The position numbers and the translations under genes are program-made. Of a DNA stretch of 58,201 nt, positions 24,751 to 37,687 are shown one piece after another. Location: contig JARFYF010000001.1 of NCBI GenBank assembly GCA_030265395.1, positions 97,084,241 to 97,142,441 of the forward strand. Direction: 5' to 3'. The notes beneath the pieces are model-generated. The model worked only from the letters and a program-made list of their open reading frames with translations, ran no database searches and was not told the DNA's origin. The DNA comes from Rhina ancylostomus. Its lineage: Eukaryota. Numbering within the stretch: the first letter of the stretch is position 1; each line of letters begins with the position of its first letter.

Positions 24751-25149
24751 AATAAAATCTGCATGGATTAAAAACTGCTGGAATTATCAGAATTATGTAA
24801 GAGAATTGAGCAGAAGTGAAAGCTAGATGTTTTACTGCAACATCCCAGAACAAATTTTATTTCATCTCCTTTTGACAAATTGTGCCCATTTGGATTTCTT
24901 TTCGGAACATAGCAGCTGTTAACAGTAACTTGATGAATGAGTGTTGTGGTGCCAAATACATTCCACAATTTGTAGTGTTCAGTACAAGTTGCCATGCTGC
25001 CTTTGGACCTGGAATCCTATAGGATGGGCAATAAATACTGGCCTCAACAGCAATGCTCGCATCCTGAAAAATGAACAAATAATAAGTTAATGATGCAACA
25101 CCAATTTCTTTGAGATGGCAAGGATAACCAGACATAGCATACATCTATC

Positions 25150-25560
25150 ATCAAAGCCAAAAAGATATTTAAAGAAGATGATATTTAAGAATTTGAAAGG
25201 TTGATGTACTGGGAACCAATACAGGTCAACAAGCTCAGCGTTGATGAACTTGCTGAGAGTTACAGGCTGCAGAACTATACATGATTCAGTTTGGTGTCCA
25301 GGTGACTGGTGGGCAATGACTTATAGGTGAGCAGAAGCAGAGGACAGCTGTCAAGGATGAATTGAAATTGTAGAGGCTGGGAACCACTAAACAATGGATG
25401 GGGAGTTCAGTAGTAAATGGACTGAAATATAGATGAAGACTGGCAATATTACAGAGATAGAAATGGGCAGTCTTTGTGATGGAGAACATATGGTACAAAG
25501 GCTTAGTTCAGAGTTATGTAGGATGCGGTTGCAGTGTGTTTCACTGTGAGGACTGCTGAA
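25150..25560 (-). mobile_element. Degraded L2 fragment
   Basis: Minus-strand peptide SITKTAHFYLCNIASLH resembles the L2 motif ITKTA.FHLRNIARL. Confidence 0.6.
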
Positions 25561-28139
25561 TGAGATGGGATATCTTCTGAAAGCTGCTTTAAAAATGAAA
25601 ATCCTTTACTTCCCTTTTTCTCACTTTTGTTGATCCTCTAGCTACCCACAGGCATCCCACATCCATACTTACCTCAACCGGATGCAATGGGTTAAAACCA
25701 CAAGCCCAAACCTTCCTGGATTCTAGTATCCTGGTTTGAAAAGCAGCAGGGACTCCAGCAGAACAGAGAAGTTTTGTCCCTGAAATGACACAGAGCTTTG
25801 ACAGGTGGGAATCCCTTTCCCTCAGCATTACCGGCTGTCAAAGCTGTAAAGACCTTTGAATGTCTCTGACATTCAGCAATATCAGCAATGAATGAAATAT
25901 TTTGTAAACTTAAATGGTTAAAAATTAAGAAATAAAATTAGCTGAAATTTTTAGAAATTATAGTAATATTAAGTAACATCAAATCAATTAAAAATCTGAC
26001 TTGCTTTCTACTTTGTTTTCTTCTCTTTTGTCCTACAAAAGAAAAGAAATCAAAGTATGTGGATCCTGCACTAGATCTAACCTAGCACAAGGTTTAAGAA
26101 CTAATTCCCTTACATAAGTACTAGGAAATCTCAGCAAGACCACACTCTGCTGCTGGACTACATGGGAGGTCCAGTGGTGGAACATCTGGACAGTCATGGT
26201 GCCTGCTACTACCTAATGTGTTCAGGACTACTATGTTTGGCTACAAATTCACAAAAGTCTCTGAATTGCTTCCATTTGCCAGCAAAATCAAGGTCAAAGG
26301 CCCTAACATTTGCAGTTAAAACACTAAAATTTGACCAATATCATGGCTCAGAATTAGTTTGGTTCTACATTCCAAGTTGCTGCTAATGATTTCAGTGCTG
26401 TTTATCCAGTTCATACTGCTAAACAGTTTTGCCAAGGGGAATAAAACATACAAATCACTACCTTTGCTCTTCACCTTTCACTATGCAAGGCATTGTAAAG
26501 AATTGTAAATACATCATTTGTTTAGAATTGTAGTCTTCCATCTCTTTCCAAATTGCTTCTCAAAGTAAATTGCATCTTCTTGTGAGTTCAGACATTTTTA
26601 GTGGCAAAAGTATGTTGGATTTTCATGGCAAACTTTTGATTCCTATTACCTCCATAAAAGTGATACAAAATTAGACTTGGATTGTTGACTAAGTATTGCA
26701 GAAGTCACAAGTTTAGATCACATGGCAGTCAATATTTAAAATCATTAAGAAAATACAAACAGTGTTTTACAAGATAACATGAAATAAATATTCCTAAAAC
26801 ACTAAAATAAGAGTGCTACTTTCTGTGTAAGTCAACTAAAAACGATGGCCTATTTCTTGCCTGCATATATCCCTTTACATCCCAGTGGGTTTAGGACTCC
26901 CACACAAATGCAGATGTCCCGAATATGCTGGCCACTCTTTAACAGTGATTTCCCTGTTGCACCGTACCACTGGGGCCCAACAGTGGAGCAGATGCTTCCT
27001 GATACTCAAGCATTTACGCTGGGAAATCTGCTCTTAAGTCCTGCACAAGGTTAGAATTTGCACAATATTTGTGAGCTTATTCACGTCATGATGAGACTGC
27101 TTCAAGAAAGTAAAGTATTATGGTCTTTCGCATGCAATATAAATAACATAATTTATTCAAAATTTGTGTTTAGTATGCAATCCTGTATATTAAATTTTCT
27201 TGATCACTGTCATAGGAGATCTGCTCGTGATTAAGGAAAGACACTAAATTGATGTATTGTTGGACACTCCATTTCATCTGCAGTTTCCCTTGCCCTCTTC
27301 AAATTACCTATTGTCAGTGTTGATCCAGATCAAACACAGAACCCAAATGCGGCACACCAATACACAACTGGAGTCAGGATACTTCCTCAGGACAAACCAC
27401 AAGCAATAACTGGAAGGAATCTTGCCTTGGAGATCAGAAGAGGAATCCCAACACAAACTGGATCTTTGCAAAGGNNNNNNNNNNNNNNNNNNNNNNNNNN
27501 NNNNNNNNNNNNNNNNNNNNNNNNNNNNNNNNNNNNNNNNNNNNNNNNNNNNNNNNNNNNNNNNNNNNNNNNNNNNNNNNNNNNNNNNNNNNNNNNNNNN
27601 NNNNNNNNNNNNNNNNNNNNNNNNNNNNNNNNNNNNNNNNNNNNNNNNNNNNNNNNNNNNNNNNNNNNNNNNNNNNNNNNNNNNNNNNNNNNNNNNNNNN
27701 NNNNNNNNNNNNNNNNNNNNNNNNNNNNNNNNNNNNNNNNNNNNNNNNNNNNNNNNNNNNNNNNNNNNNNNNNNNNNNNNNNNNNNNNNNNNNNNNNNNN
27801 NNNNNNNNNNNNNNNNNNNNNNNNNNNNNNNNNNNNNNNNNNNNNNNNNNNNNNNNNNNNNNNNNNNNNNNNNNNNNNNNNNNNNNNNNNNNNNNNNNNN
27901 NNNNNNNNNNNNNNNNNNNNNNNNNNNNNNNNNNNNNNNNNNNNNNNNNNNNNNNNNNNNNNNNNNNNNNNNNNNNNNNNNNNNNNNNNNNNNNNNNNNN
28001 NNNNNNNNNNNNNNNNNNNNNNNNNNNNNNNNNNNNNNNNNNNNNNNNNNNNNNNNNNNNNNNNNNNNNNNNNNNNNNNNNNNNNNNNNNNNNNNNNNNN
28101 NNNNNNNNNNNNNNNNNNNNNNNNNNNCCAGCATGGAAG

Positions 28140-28625
28140 TTTTAATTAACAACAAAGCTTCCATTTGTATACCACCTTCATTGTAGCAAAACATACCGAG
28201 GCATTTCACTGGAATATCACCAAACATGAGATATCTACAAGAGATATTGGAGCTTGGTTAATTAGTTATGTTTTAAGAAGCATCTCAAAGAAGCAAGTGA
28301 GGTGAAGAAGTTTGTAGAGGGATGTCCAGACCTTAGGACCTTGGCAGCAGAAAGAAAGTGATGGTGCCAAATTTTAAGAAGCACAGATGTCATGATTGTT
28401 GAAGAAATGGAGGAGATTACGGAGGTATGGAGGAGTGAGCCCACAGAGGGATTTACAAACCAAGCGGAATGCAAATTTGAAAACTGAGGGTTTGTTTAAC
28501 AAGGGGCTAATGTAGGACATCAAAAACAAGGAAGAGGGGAAATGGGTCTGCCTTAGAATGTGCATAGAAGGGCTTTGGATGACAAGTTTGAATGAAGGTA
28601 CCTAGCAAGGAGTGTGCGGATGGCG
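28140..28625 (-). mobile_element. L2 LINE 3' end
   Basis: aacaacaaagcttccatttgtataccaccttcattgtagcaaaacataccgaggcatttcac is a reverse L2 tail. Similar to 18765-19200. Confidence 0.75.
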
Positions 28626-30336
28626 AGATGTAATTCTTTAAAATTCAGTGTCAAAGACAGTTGTTATTTTGTTGGTAAGTCAAAGAGTAGTATTGTAATC
28701 ATAACATGAAGTTATGCTTGAAGAATGAAATCTAAAGTGGATCCAAATGCAGATAATTGTCTGAAGTGTTAAGCATCCTCTTAAATGTTTCTTCGCTGAG
28801 ATTGAAATAAAAGTCTATTCATCACAGCGACCTGTAGCACTTTCCAATGTTAAAAGTGATAGGTAATAAAACAAGGTGTTTTTTCATATAATTTTATTTA
28901 AAGCATTCAAACAACATGATTACAATGGTTATGTAAAGAATTTTAAGTTGACAACACAAGTGACTAATTAATGATCTAATTAATGCACCCTAGTGTTTAT
29001 ATAGACATTTTTACTATGGGGAACTCTTTGAAACACTTTTTACTGCAAATTAAAGGTTCTTTTCCATAATTTTTTTTTTGTATTTTTACTGCTGTATAAA
29101 CCAATCCTGATGGTCTCCATTAAAATGATGTAGATCTATGTGTAAATGTTTGATGTGCTATTCTCTTGAGGGGCAGTAAAATAATCATTGTTCAGTTAAA
29201 GACTAATGTGAGCTCAAGGGATCAAGGCTCATCACAGCTAGTGAAAATTAAGCTGCTTAAAATGTTTATCCTATCCTCTTGATCCTAAACTTTGATGATT
29301 GAAGAAAGGTGAATATCTGCAAGATTCCAGAAGTTACACTCCTCTCCTATTAAATATTAACTTCAGAATTTAAATATTTCTCAAAGACAAAAAGCCAGGA
29401 AGAACCATAATAATCTTCAAAGTGCTGGTATATAAAAATGCAGTATGCATTAGTTAAACCAGTGTGAGAAAGGTTATTTTAATTACTTAAGTGCACATTG
29501 ACAGGAATGAAGGAATAGATGTTTAAAAAGAATGTCTGTGGCATTAAGTAGCCATGGCAAACCTCAAAAATACAAATAAGAGCAGAAATACATAAAACAA
29601 AAGCATAATTAAAATGGAAATGTGCAAATTGGCTATTCTGGACCAATTGAACTGATGACTTTGTGTGTGAGATATGGGTTGTAGTTACCAAAATTCTAAA
29701 TAATAACAGACCAGGAAAACAATTTGATGCATTATTTCATGTCATTATATTAAATCCATGTCTGACTTTTATGTAGATATGTTGTTGAGATCAGTAACAC
29801 AATATTGGATTTCATTGCATTTCAACTGAATGGCACCTTAGTTGTCAGAAAGAACATGAGTTTAAACAGATATAACCATTTGAAGTGCATGAATAAAAAG
29901 AAAGTGTACAGTTCAGATTTTATGTGTCTGTACTTATTTATATTATGTGCCTGGAGTCGCTCACTCTTGTAGACTAATGTGAACTTGATTTCATTTTTTA
30001 CCTAGTTTTATTTTAGTTTGCGGGGTTGGAATTGGTGATATATATTTAAATGAGGATATTGATACCTCATTATTTTCCTGTAAGACACTCAGTACTTGAA
30101 TATTTATGCATACATGTGGACATGGTTATATGGCAGTTATAAATTTCCCCTTTTGGGAAGACTGTAGGTGTTTGAAGGTTACATTATACATGACAAGTGT
30201 TGCTGCCATGAATGTTGAAGCACAGGGAAGTCACAATAATTACAGAGTATTGGCTACTGACTTTGGAACAAGCCCTCAGGGAAACTACAGCCACCAGCAG
30301 GTTTGCGTGTTGACAGTTTTTTTCTTTTCCTCTTAG

Positions 30337-30486
30337 CTTTGAAGATATAATAAGGTTCTTTGGGGTGAAGCCAAAATCTGGGGAGAAAGAGATTACACCA
30401 AACTACATATTCATGTTGTGGTTTGAGTTCTGTACGGATTTTAAGAATACTTGGAAACGCGAGAGCAAAAATATCTCTAAAGAAAG
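30337..30486 (+). CDS. fmn1: Internal coding exon of formin-1 (C-terminal end of the FH2 domain; 150 nt, phase 2/phase 2)
   Basis: Strong acceptor gtttttttcttttcctcttag| with a TGAC branch-point candidate at 30311, and donor AAG|gtaaga at 30487. Translation (x)[49 protein letters not shown](R) closely matches the vertebrate FMN1 segment as I recall it ([51 protein letters not shown]). The [12 protein letters not shown] ending fits FMN1 better than FMN2. Confidence 0.95.
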
Positions 30487-30589
30487 GTAAGAAAGATAAA
30501 ATCTTCCATGGAAAACTTTTAATCATTCTGGAAAGTATTCTTCTTTAATTTGAACACTTTTACTGTACCATCGAATTATAGTTTACTGA

Positions 30590-31100
30590 CATTTTTTTGT
30601 GAGCTCGGCGTAAAAAAGTTTGATTCCCTCAGGGTAGATTGAAGAAGTTGCCAAAATCTGCTTTACCCACAAGGAAGATAAACACACATAATCTGATAAA
30701 TTACACTTTCCCAACTCTTTTCAATTACCTGCTGATAAAGTGGAATGAGAGCAGTGCTAATTTGTAACAGATTGCTTCACTAGTGCATTTTTATGTTGAA
30801 ACAGCCTAAATGAGCTGATATTATTGTTGCAGAAAGTACAGGCAAATAAAAGCAAATGCTTTTCCAGTTATTAAACTTCACTTGCATCAAAGAAAAACCC
30901 CCCAGACCTAGGCCACACTTAGCACAATGTCAGAGCCCCACACTGAATTTACGGCAGCACATATGACCCCAAGTACCCTGCTGGGGACATCAAACTGCGT
31001 GACACTGCTTCTCGCAACAGTCTCCTGATTTTATTGGTTTGAGAAAGAATAACCTTATCCCATATTTGCTTTTAGGTAAGGTTTCATGAAGGAAGTTTTT
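30590..31100. promoter_or_regulatory. Candidate grem1 fin/limb enhancer (CRM2/GRS1-like) in the fmn1 intron
   Basis: Non-repetitive block next to the fmn1 exon. Contains HOX13-type TTTTATTGG (31029-31037) and GGCGTAAAA (30607), HOX-like TGAATTTACGG (30944), TCF/LEF CATCAAAG (30885) and ACATCAAAC (30987), GLI-like AACCCCCCA (30896), three WGATAA sites (30676, 30694, 30733) and E-box CATATG (30960). Function is inferred from motif content and locus position only. Confidence 0.5.
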
Positions 31101-32699
31101 ATGTGAGAGCTACATTACGACTTAAAGATTGGCATTTCTCAGTTCTGTGCTCTTTTTACACTCCTGTGTTATAAGCTCTGATTCAGTATTTCAGTTTTCA
31201 ATCAAACTAAACACTGAAATCGTTAAAGTTATGATTTTTATGTGATGAGATTTTTAAGCAACTATGGAGCAAAGAAAGAAATATTTTGTATATTTTCAGC
31301 CTATTGTCAATTTTATCAATATAAGCTATTGCAATAGAGTCTAATCCATTTAGATCCTTGTATTTGGAAAGTTATCTATACTTACAATTGTGAAATATTT
31401 TGATAAAATCTTGGCTCTAAAATTATTGTTATATTCCATAGAAAAATTATATAAATAACATTTTCACTACATTAACAGTTCAGACAACTCAGTACAGTTT
31501 CCTGGCAGTTTTCTTTAATTAATTCAATTTAGGTAACAATACAAGTATAAACATATTTTCTTTAAATTATTTGGTCAACTTTTATGTCATACTTACTGTC
31601 TGAATACTATTCAAGAAAAGCCAGTTGGATTTAAAATGTTTAATGTCTGATTCTATGAACACTCTTGGGAAAAGTAATAAAAATTGAAGAAAAATGTGTA
31701 GGTAATGTAACACAATGCAATACTGTTAACTCATTGGTTTCAAAATTACATCATTGCTGATGGTTATTCATAGATTTACTTCTGTATCAATGCCTTTTGT
31801 GCTGGATAAAATAAGAAATTAAATTTTCTTCATGATACTGTGCTGTATGGATAATAAGAATCTTATGTCAACTGCTACTTTAGGGTTAAAGTTGGAATTT
31901 AATCAAAAACAGAAGGAATCCATTAAGATATATAACCAAAATTGGGAGTTCCTTGAAATGTTGTAAAATGGAACAGCAGAAAAAACATCCACATCTAGAA
32001 TGTCTTGTAAAGTCATGACCCTTAGTGACACTGTTTTCCTAAGTGTGAAACCGTTGATTTACCACCCAGTTTACTAGAAGTGGATCAGAATCAAATTAAT
32101 TGATATAATTCTAGCTTTTCTAGTCTCGTGTTTCTCTTTTCATTCCAACTGTGTTAATGCAGATCTATTATGAAGCATTATTGAAACAATATTATTTAGC
32201 CATTCATATTACCACATTTACTCTCTAATGCGGCATGAAATCAATGGGTTGACTTGATGGAGTAGTATAAAATGGATGATAAAAATGTAAATCAGGCTGT
32301 CAATTCACATCTAACCATTTTACGCCAGTGCAAACTATCAAGATGCAACTCAACCTTAGAAAATTGACTCAACTTAAGGTTCATATTTTAGCATGCTGTA
32401 GTGTCAGCAAAACAGGACTATTAAAATTTTGATCCAATATCAAATTACATTGAGCTCAGGCACATGATGTTAATATTGTTGTGTTAATTTTTTCCTGTTT
32501 ATTTAATCTAAGTACTTTAGATACATGTGCCTTTAAATCTTGTTGTGTTATGTTTCTGCCAACACTCAGATGTTGTTAGTTTGTATTCTGTCACCCATTC
32601 ACTCAGAGAAAACAGGAACTGTGGATTTATTAACACAAAGAAGGAACTGACTCACAAGTAGGGAAATACATATTCATTGGCAAAGGGACAGACTCATTA

Positions 32700-33237
32700 G
32701 GACAGATTTTCTGACCCATACCCCTGTGCTAGCACTACATTGAAGCTGGGGACCTACAGCATGATCAAGACCTTGCTATTTCCTGTCCCAGGCAATTAAT
32801 CTAGACCAGTGGCATACCCAACATAGCCCAGGTATAAAGCCTGCAGCTACAGGATGTAGAGATTGGGATCTTCTCCTATTATTGAAGATCAGTCTCCAAA
32901 ATGTTAAAGTTGGATATTAAGAGCCTTACAGGAAGGGATTGTAGGGGATGGGGGCTGGGAATCTAACTTGGAAAATAACACCATGCAGCCTTTGGTCTGT
33001 CCCCAGCAGTGCCAATGGACTTTGCTTAACTCCAGTCAGTGACGTGCCACAGCACAGTACTTCCTGGGTGCCTCTGTGCTGGGGTGCCCACCAAATAATT
33101 GCAGCACATGGTCTCATTTGAAGCAGGCCTGCACCTCATGGAAGTGTAGGATAAATTCCATCTTTACCAGCTCATGGAAAATGGTAGAAATCTTGAAGGA
33201 AGAGGATTGAAGACCAGGCAACCTGAAAGTCTGTCCC
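32700..33237. mobile_element. Non-autonomous DNA transposon (MITE, PIF/Harbinger-like)
   Basis: Terminal inverted repeats GGACAGATTTTC (32700) and GAAAGTCTGTCC (33225), 11 of 12 matching, with TTA/TTT flanks. Confidence 0.55.
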
Positions 33238-33849
33238 TTTATCCCAATGTTTCTGAAGGCAAGGATAAGAATAATCAGCCTGATTATGTTCATTCTAAGA
33301 TGTAAATATTCTGTGTCTCAGAGAGAGATTAGAGGCAAATGCTGGCACTTGATGGGTAATTATACCTCACTGCCTTTGTAATCTTCAATTCCCAATTTCT
33401 GTTTCCTTTAACTAAAACTAAGGCTGCAAGTATGAAATTTCAAGTTTGTCATATATTCATCCACTGAAAAATTGCTATTAAGTTTTTTCTTAGAGATTGA
33501 ATCCAACCAAAGATTTTAAAATTCTGTCAAAAAATGCCCCAGTATTACAACAGATAAATTCATCAAAGGTATAACTGTAAGCAAAATGAACAAAGAACAT
33601 GCAAGTATTGAATGGCAGGTTTCATACGACGAGTACAATAGGATGCTACAGCTTATCTGAGCATTTTGCTTTTGGAGTTGAAAATCAGCTAGGGTTCATG
33701 CTCCTATCTTTGGGCGTTAAGTTTTAGTCTTCTGGTAGTAGAAAAGATCCCCATGAATAGTCACTGGACAACCCTCAGTAGTGGCCCCACTCCTGACCAT
33801 GACTCTGCTACATTCTGCATCTTCAGTCACCAACACACAAAAAAACTAA

Positions 33850-34026
33850 GGGGTGGATTTCTGCAGAGGATTTCCAACTTGTCTGCTGTAATCTTAGCAA
33901 AAAGATAAACCTCAGACAAACAGCATAGACTCAGATAACAGTCTCTACAGTTTTTTTCTCAGCTTTGGATCTCTCCCACCAAAATCACAACAGACAAGCA
34001 AGAAACTCCTTGCAGAGATTCATCCC
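33850..34026. mobile_element. Palindromic MITE (Harbinger-like)
   Basis: Imperfect inverted arms of about 55 nt (GGGGTGGATTTCTGCA... / ...TGCAGAGATTCATCCC), flanked by TAA and TTA. Confidence 0.7.
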
Positions 34027-37000
34027 TTAGTAATCAGGTTTTAAATTTAAATTTGTGTAAAAAAAAATAAAACACAAATAGGGAGTTTTGGAGTAAGTAC
34101 TTTTTGTTGAAAATGTTCCAATTTACCATGATGATAAAAGATTGGAGAGCATGACTGTGTGGTATTATTAATCCGAAAAGTAGACACCATAATCAAATAA
34201 TCATTGCTTCGATGTTCTTGTATTTCAAATGTGCATAGAAATTCAGTTCTTTGACACTGATGGATACCAGAAACTAGAAATTCTAATGCGCATAGAAACA
34301 TCCGCTAAAATTGCATTGTGCAGAGGGCATCATGCCAGATTCTTTCTCGGCCACAGGGGAACAAATTTCTTATGTGCATGAATGTGTAAGGCCCCATGCA
34401 AACAGGCATTCAGAATTCCAGGCCTTCAGCATGGTTACACATCGTAACTTAGTGCAGTTTCAAGAGCGTGCTATAAGCGCAAACTTACAAGCATGCTCTC
34501 CTGCTGTGACGAGAGCTTTAAAAGCAATGGTTCTCAACAGGAACCAAACCAAGAGTGGCAGGTTGGAGTCAGGAGCAGGCATTGCATGTTTCCAACAGAT
34601 GATCAGGCTTCATGGCAACAGAGGTAGACACACAGGGGAAGCATTTTGTCTCTAACAAAGAAAGAAGATCTTACATAGCATATTGGAGACATTTGATCAC
34701 TCAGAGATGATTATATAGTCATTGTCAATGGCAAACTCCTTAACAGCAGCTCAGGTAAGGTCTGTCCCCTTAGCCTACATCAAGCAGATTCATGTTAAGT
34801 TCTGCTTATTTTTTAGTCAAGGTCCAGTATGCAGAGTTCAATGTTGGTATGCACACTAATAGTGTTGCATGCTAATGGACATCATTAATGGATGCCAAGC
34901 CAGGAGTGTTTTGCACATAGAAACCAGTGATTGAGTTTCCCATTGTGCGCTGTATGCACATGAAAGTGTCAATCGCATTGAGCGAAAAAGTTTGTCATGC
35001 AATTGAACTCCAAGTTTGAAAACAGTTTTGGAAATCAACATTTGAAACAAAATATATAAACTGACTCAAAGAAATAGCCTGATAAAATTAATCATAATTC
35101 ATTGTATCAGTTTTTTAAATATACCATGATAACAATATTTATTCCAAGGTGGAAAGATGTAGCTTTAATCTGCTTTCATCACAATTTGGTATGGTTTTGC
35201 ATAATTTAGTCATAGAAATTTCATCCAATAACTTGTATATTTTGAAGACAAACCTGCTTATGCTTAGCAAACTTTTTTGTTCTAGTAAAGACATGTGTTC
35301 TTTCAATCCCATCTGTGAGGTCACAGAGTTATAGGAAATAAAAGACCAAAAGGGCTTCACTAACAAAGATGGGATTCAGGTCTGAATAAATCAGAACTCC
35401 CTGGGATATTATGCAGAAAATAATTTCACTTGCTGTTAACTCAAGCTGAGCTAAATCACACAATTAAAGTACAAGAGAAACAAGCAACACTAATAGGTAA
35501 AACAAATGGTGTGTAATAAGGGTTGTCTTAAGGAAACTGATGAAATGCAACTAGTCATTTCATACATGAGAAAGTAGGCGTCTCGCGGTAGACCTTTCAC
35601 TTGATTTTATAGAGCCTGAATGAAAAGTAAGCTGCCAAAGGCCCTGATTACTGTCTCTCTGGGAAAGTATTTGAAATGTGAAAGGTGAATTGATGCATGT
35701 CTGTGTTTGCCTGGACTTATGAAAGACTTTTTACACACTGGGAATATGTTAATTTTAAATGGAAACACTACTAAACTGATCTGCACTATTTGCACAAATG
35801 AAGGTTTGTTGTTACAGCAAAACATTTTCAGTGCTTTATTTTATAATCTATTTCAATGTTTTGTTTGTTGCATGTTATGCTGTGGTTTATTATGACTGAG
35901 GAATATTTAAAATAATCACCCAAGTGGACATGGCAATCGTGATTCTGCAATCCTGTACTCCCAGCAGAAAACTGACAGGAATTGTTTGTAAGAAAACTGT
36001 GGGCCAATGCTCAATTCCATTTCTATGAGTGTGACCTTAGGAAGGCAAAATCACAGCAACACCCTCAGCTGAGGCTTATTGTAGTGAAACAGTTATCAGT
36101 TATACAAATGGGCAGGAAAACCCTGAAGACTGAGAAATCAGTAGTCATGTAGACTTCAGTAGAGGTCAAAGCCTGCATAAAATCCTCAATAGATACCAGA
36201 CTGGAGATCTTATTGACCACTGCAGAACATTGGCGCAAATGGCAATTCTTCCCATGTCTACGGCTGCCTTCTACATAGTGGTTCCAGGGAGTGGTGGTAA
36301 CTGAAATAGCCACTAGGAAATTCTGCCAGAGACTCATTGACTTCTCTCTGGTCCTAGCAGGGGTTGGGGAGATGGAAATTCAATTCATGGGGTGTTGCAA
36401 AACCTCATGACCAGAAATATTTACTAAATTTGCTCATTTTTGTATTGCAATGTACATCACAGCTAACCCCAGATATGCACATCCTGGCACTAGCTGTGTA
36501 CTCAGGCAGAATTAGTTGTTATAGTCATTTTACTTCCAAAATGTTAAGTTTTTTTTAGATTTGGAATCAGGCAGAAACTGTTATTGTTCTATATCATTCT
36601 TACAACATTGCCTGATTACCTTTGCAAAGCTGCTCATTTTGACTGTTACAAATGCAACTTTCAAAGTTTGACACCTGAGGATAATATTTTAGTCACTGTG
36701 ACTGAAATTAGCTTGGTGTGGTCAGTTTAGATTGAAGCCAATGGTAGTTCAAGTCCTAACCATTTTAGATTTTGTCTTTTTTTTATTAGTGATGGTTATA
36801 TTTACAGCAGATATATAGATTATCTATGTGCATAAGGCAGTCTTCTGGCAATGTGACAGACATTTACTGCAGCTACTTCATTGGAAAATAGAGAATCTAT
36901 AATCTGCTGAGGACACAAGTAGAGTTCAATTACAAAAATGGAAATTAGAGGTCAAAAACACAAAACTATTCTGTAACACTAATGGGTTTGTACTTATGGA

Positions 37001-37687
37001 CCCTGTACTAGGAAAGGGAAATGGAAAAGGAAATCATGGAGAGTAGGAGTATCAAAATTATTGATCTAGGATATCAGAGTGGCAACAGCCCTGGCTAGAT
37101 TTTTTGAGGCAGGAATATGCATAAACTGAAGGGAGATTCAAATTTCAAGTCCATTTTGTCCATCAGTACTCTCCTCTGGCCCAATCAACCTACCCCTCCC
37201 CTAAAATCACAACATCTACTGTTTCCTAACACAATTGGAACTTTTCACCTCTCCCCACCCCTGATGTTAGTTGATGCCTTCAGTAGAGACCTCCTCCCAC
37301 ATGATCTCTCAGAGTCCTGACCCAATCCCTGAGGTGCCAGTTATTCCCCAGCTCAGACTGATGTCCTACCATTCCGTGCCCTATGCTCTATCTGCTTTTC
37401 ACCACCCCATAATCCACCAACCAGGACACAACTTATCAGCTTTCCTTCCCTAATGACCTCTGCATTTAACATGCTTTTCCAGCTATCAACTAATTTCCAG
37501 GCTAAATGTGTCAACAAAAATCTGCTTTTAGAACTTATAATCATTGATACGTCCGTTTTATTTTACACAGTACTGCACCAAATGACTTAGATTGTGATTT
37601 TAATAATTAGTAATTTTTGATTTTTCATTGCATTTCTGTTGTGTTATTGAACCACAGTTATTAGGCAGCCTGTGTCTTACATTGATA

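Noticed and set aside
27304-28227. Longest ORFs in the track (240-307 aa)
   Set aside because: They are artefacts of translating through the 654-N gap.
34728-34754. ATG GCA AAC TCC TTA ACA GCA GCT CAG|gtaagg (MANSLTAAQ) as an alternative first exon, with an X-box-like catggcaac upstream
   Set aside because: The donor is good, but its phase 0 does not fit the phase-2 next fmn1 exon. No partner exon or CpG-island promoter is visible.
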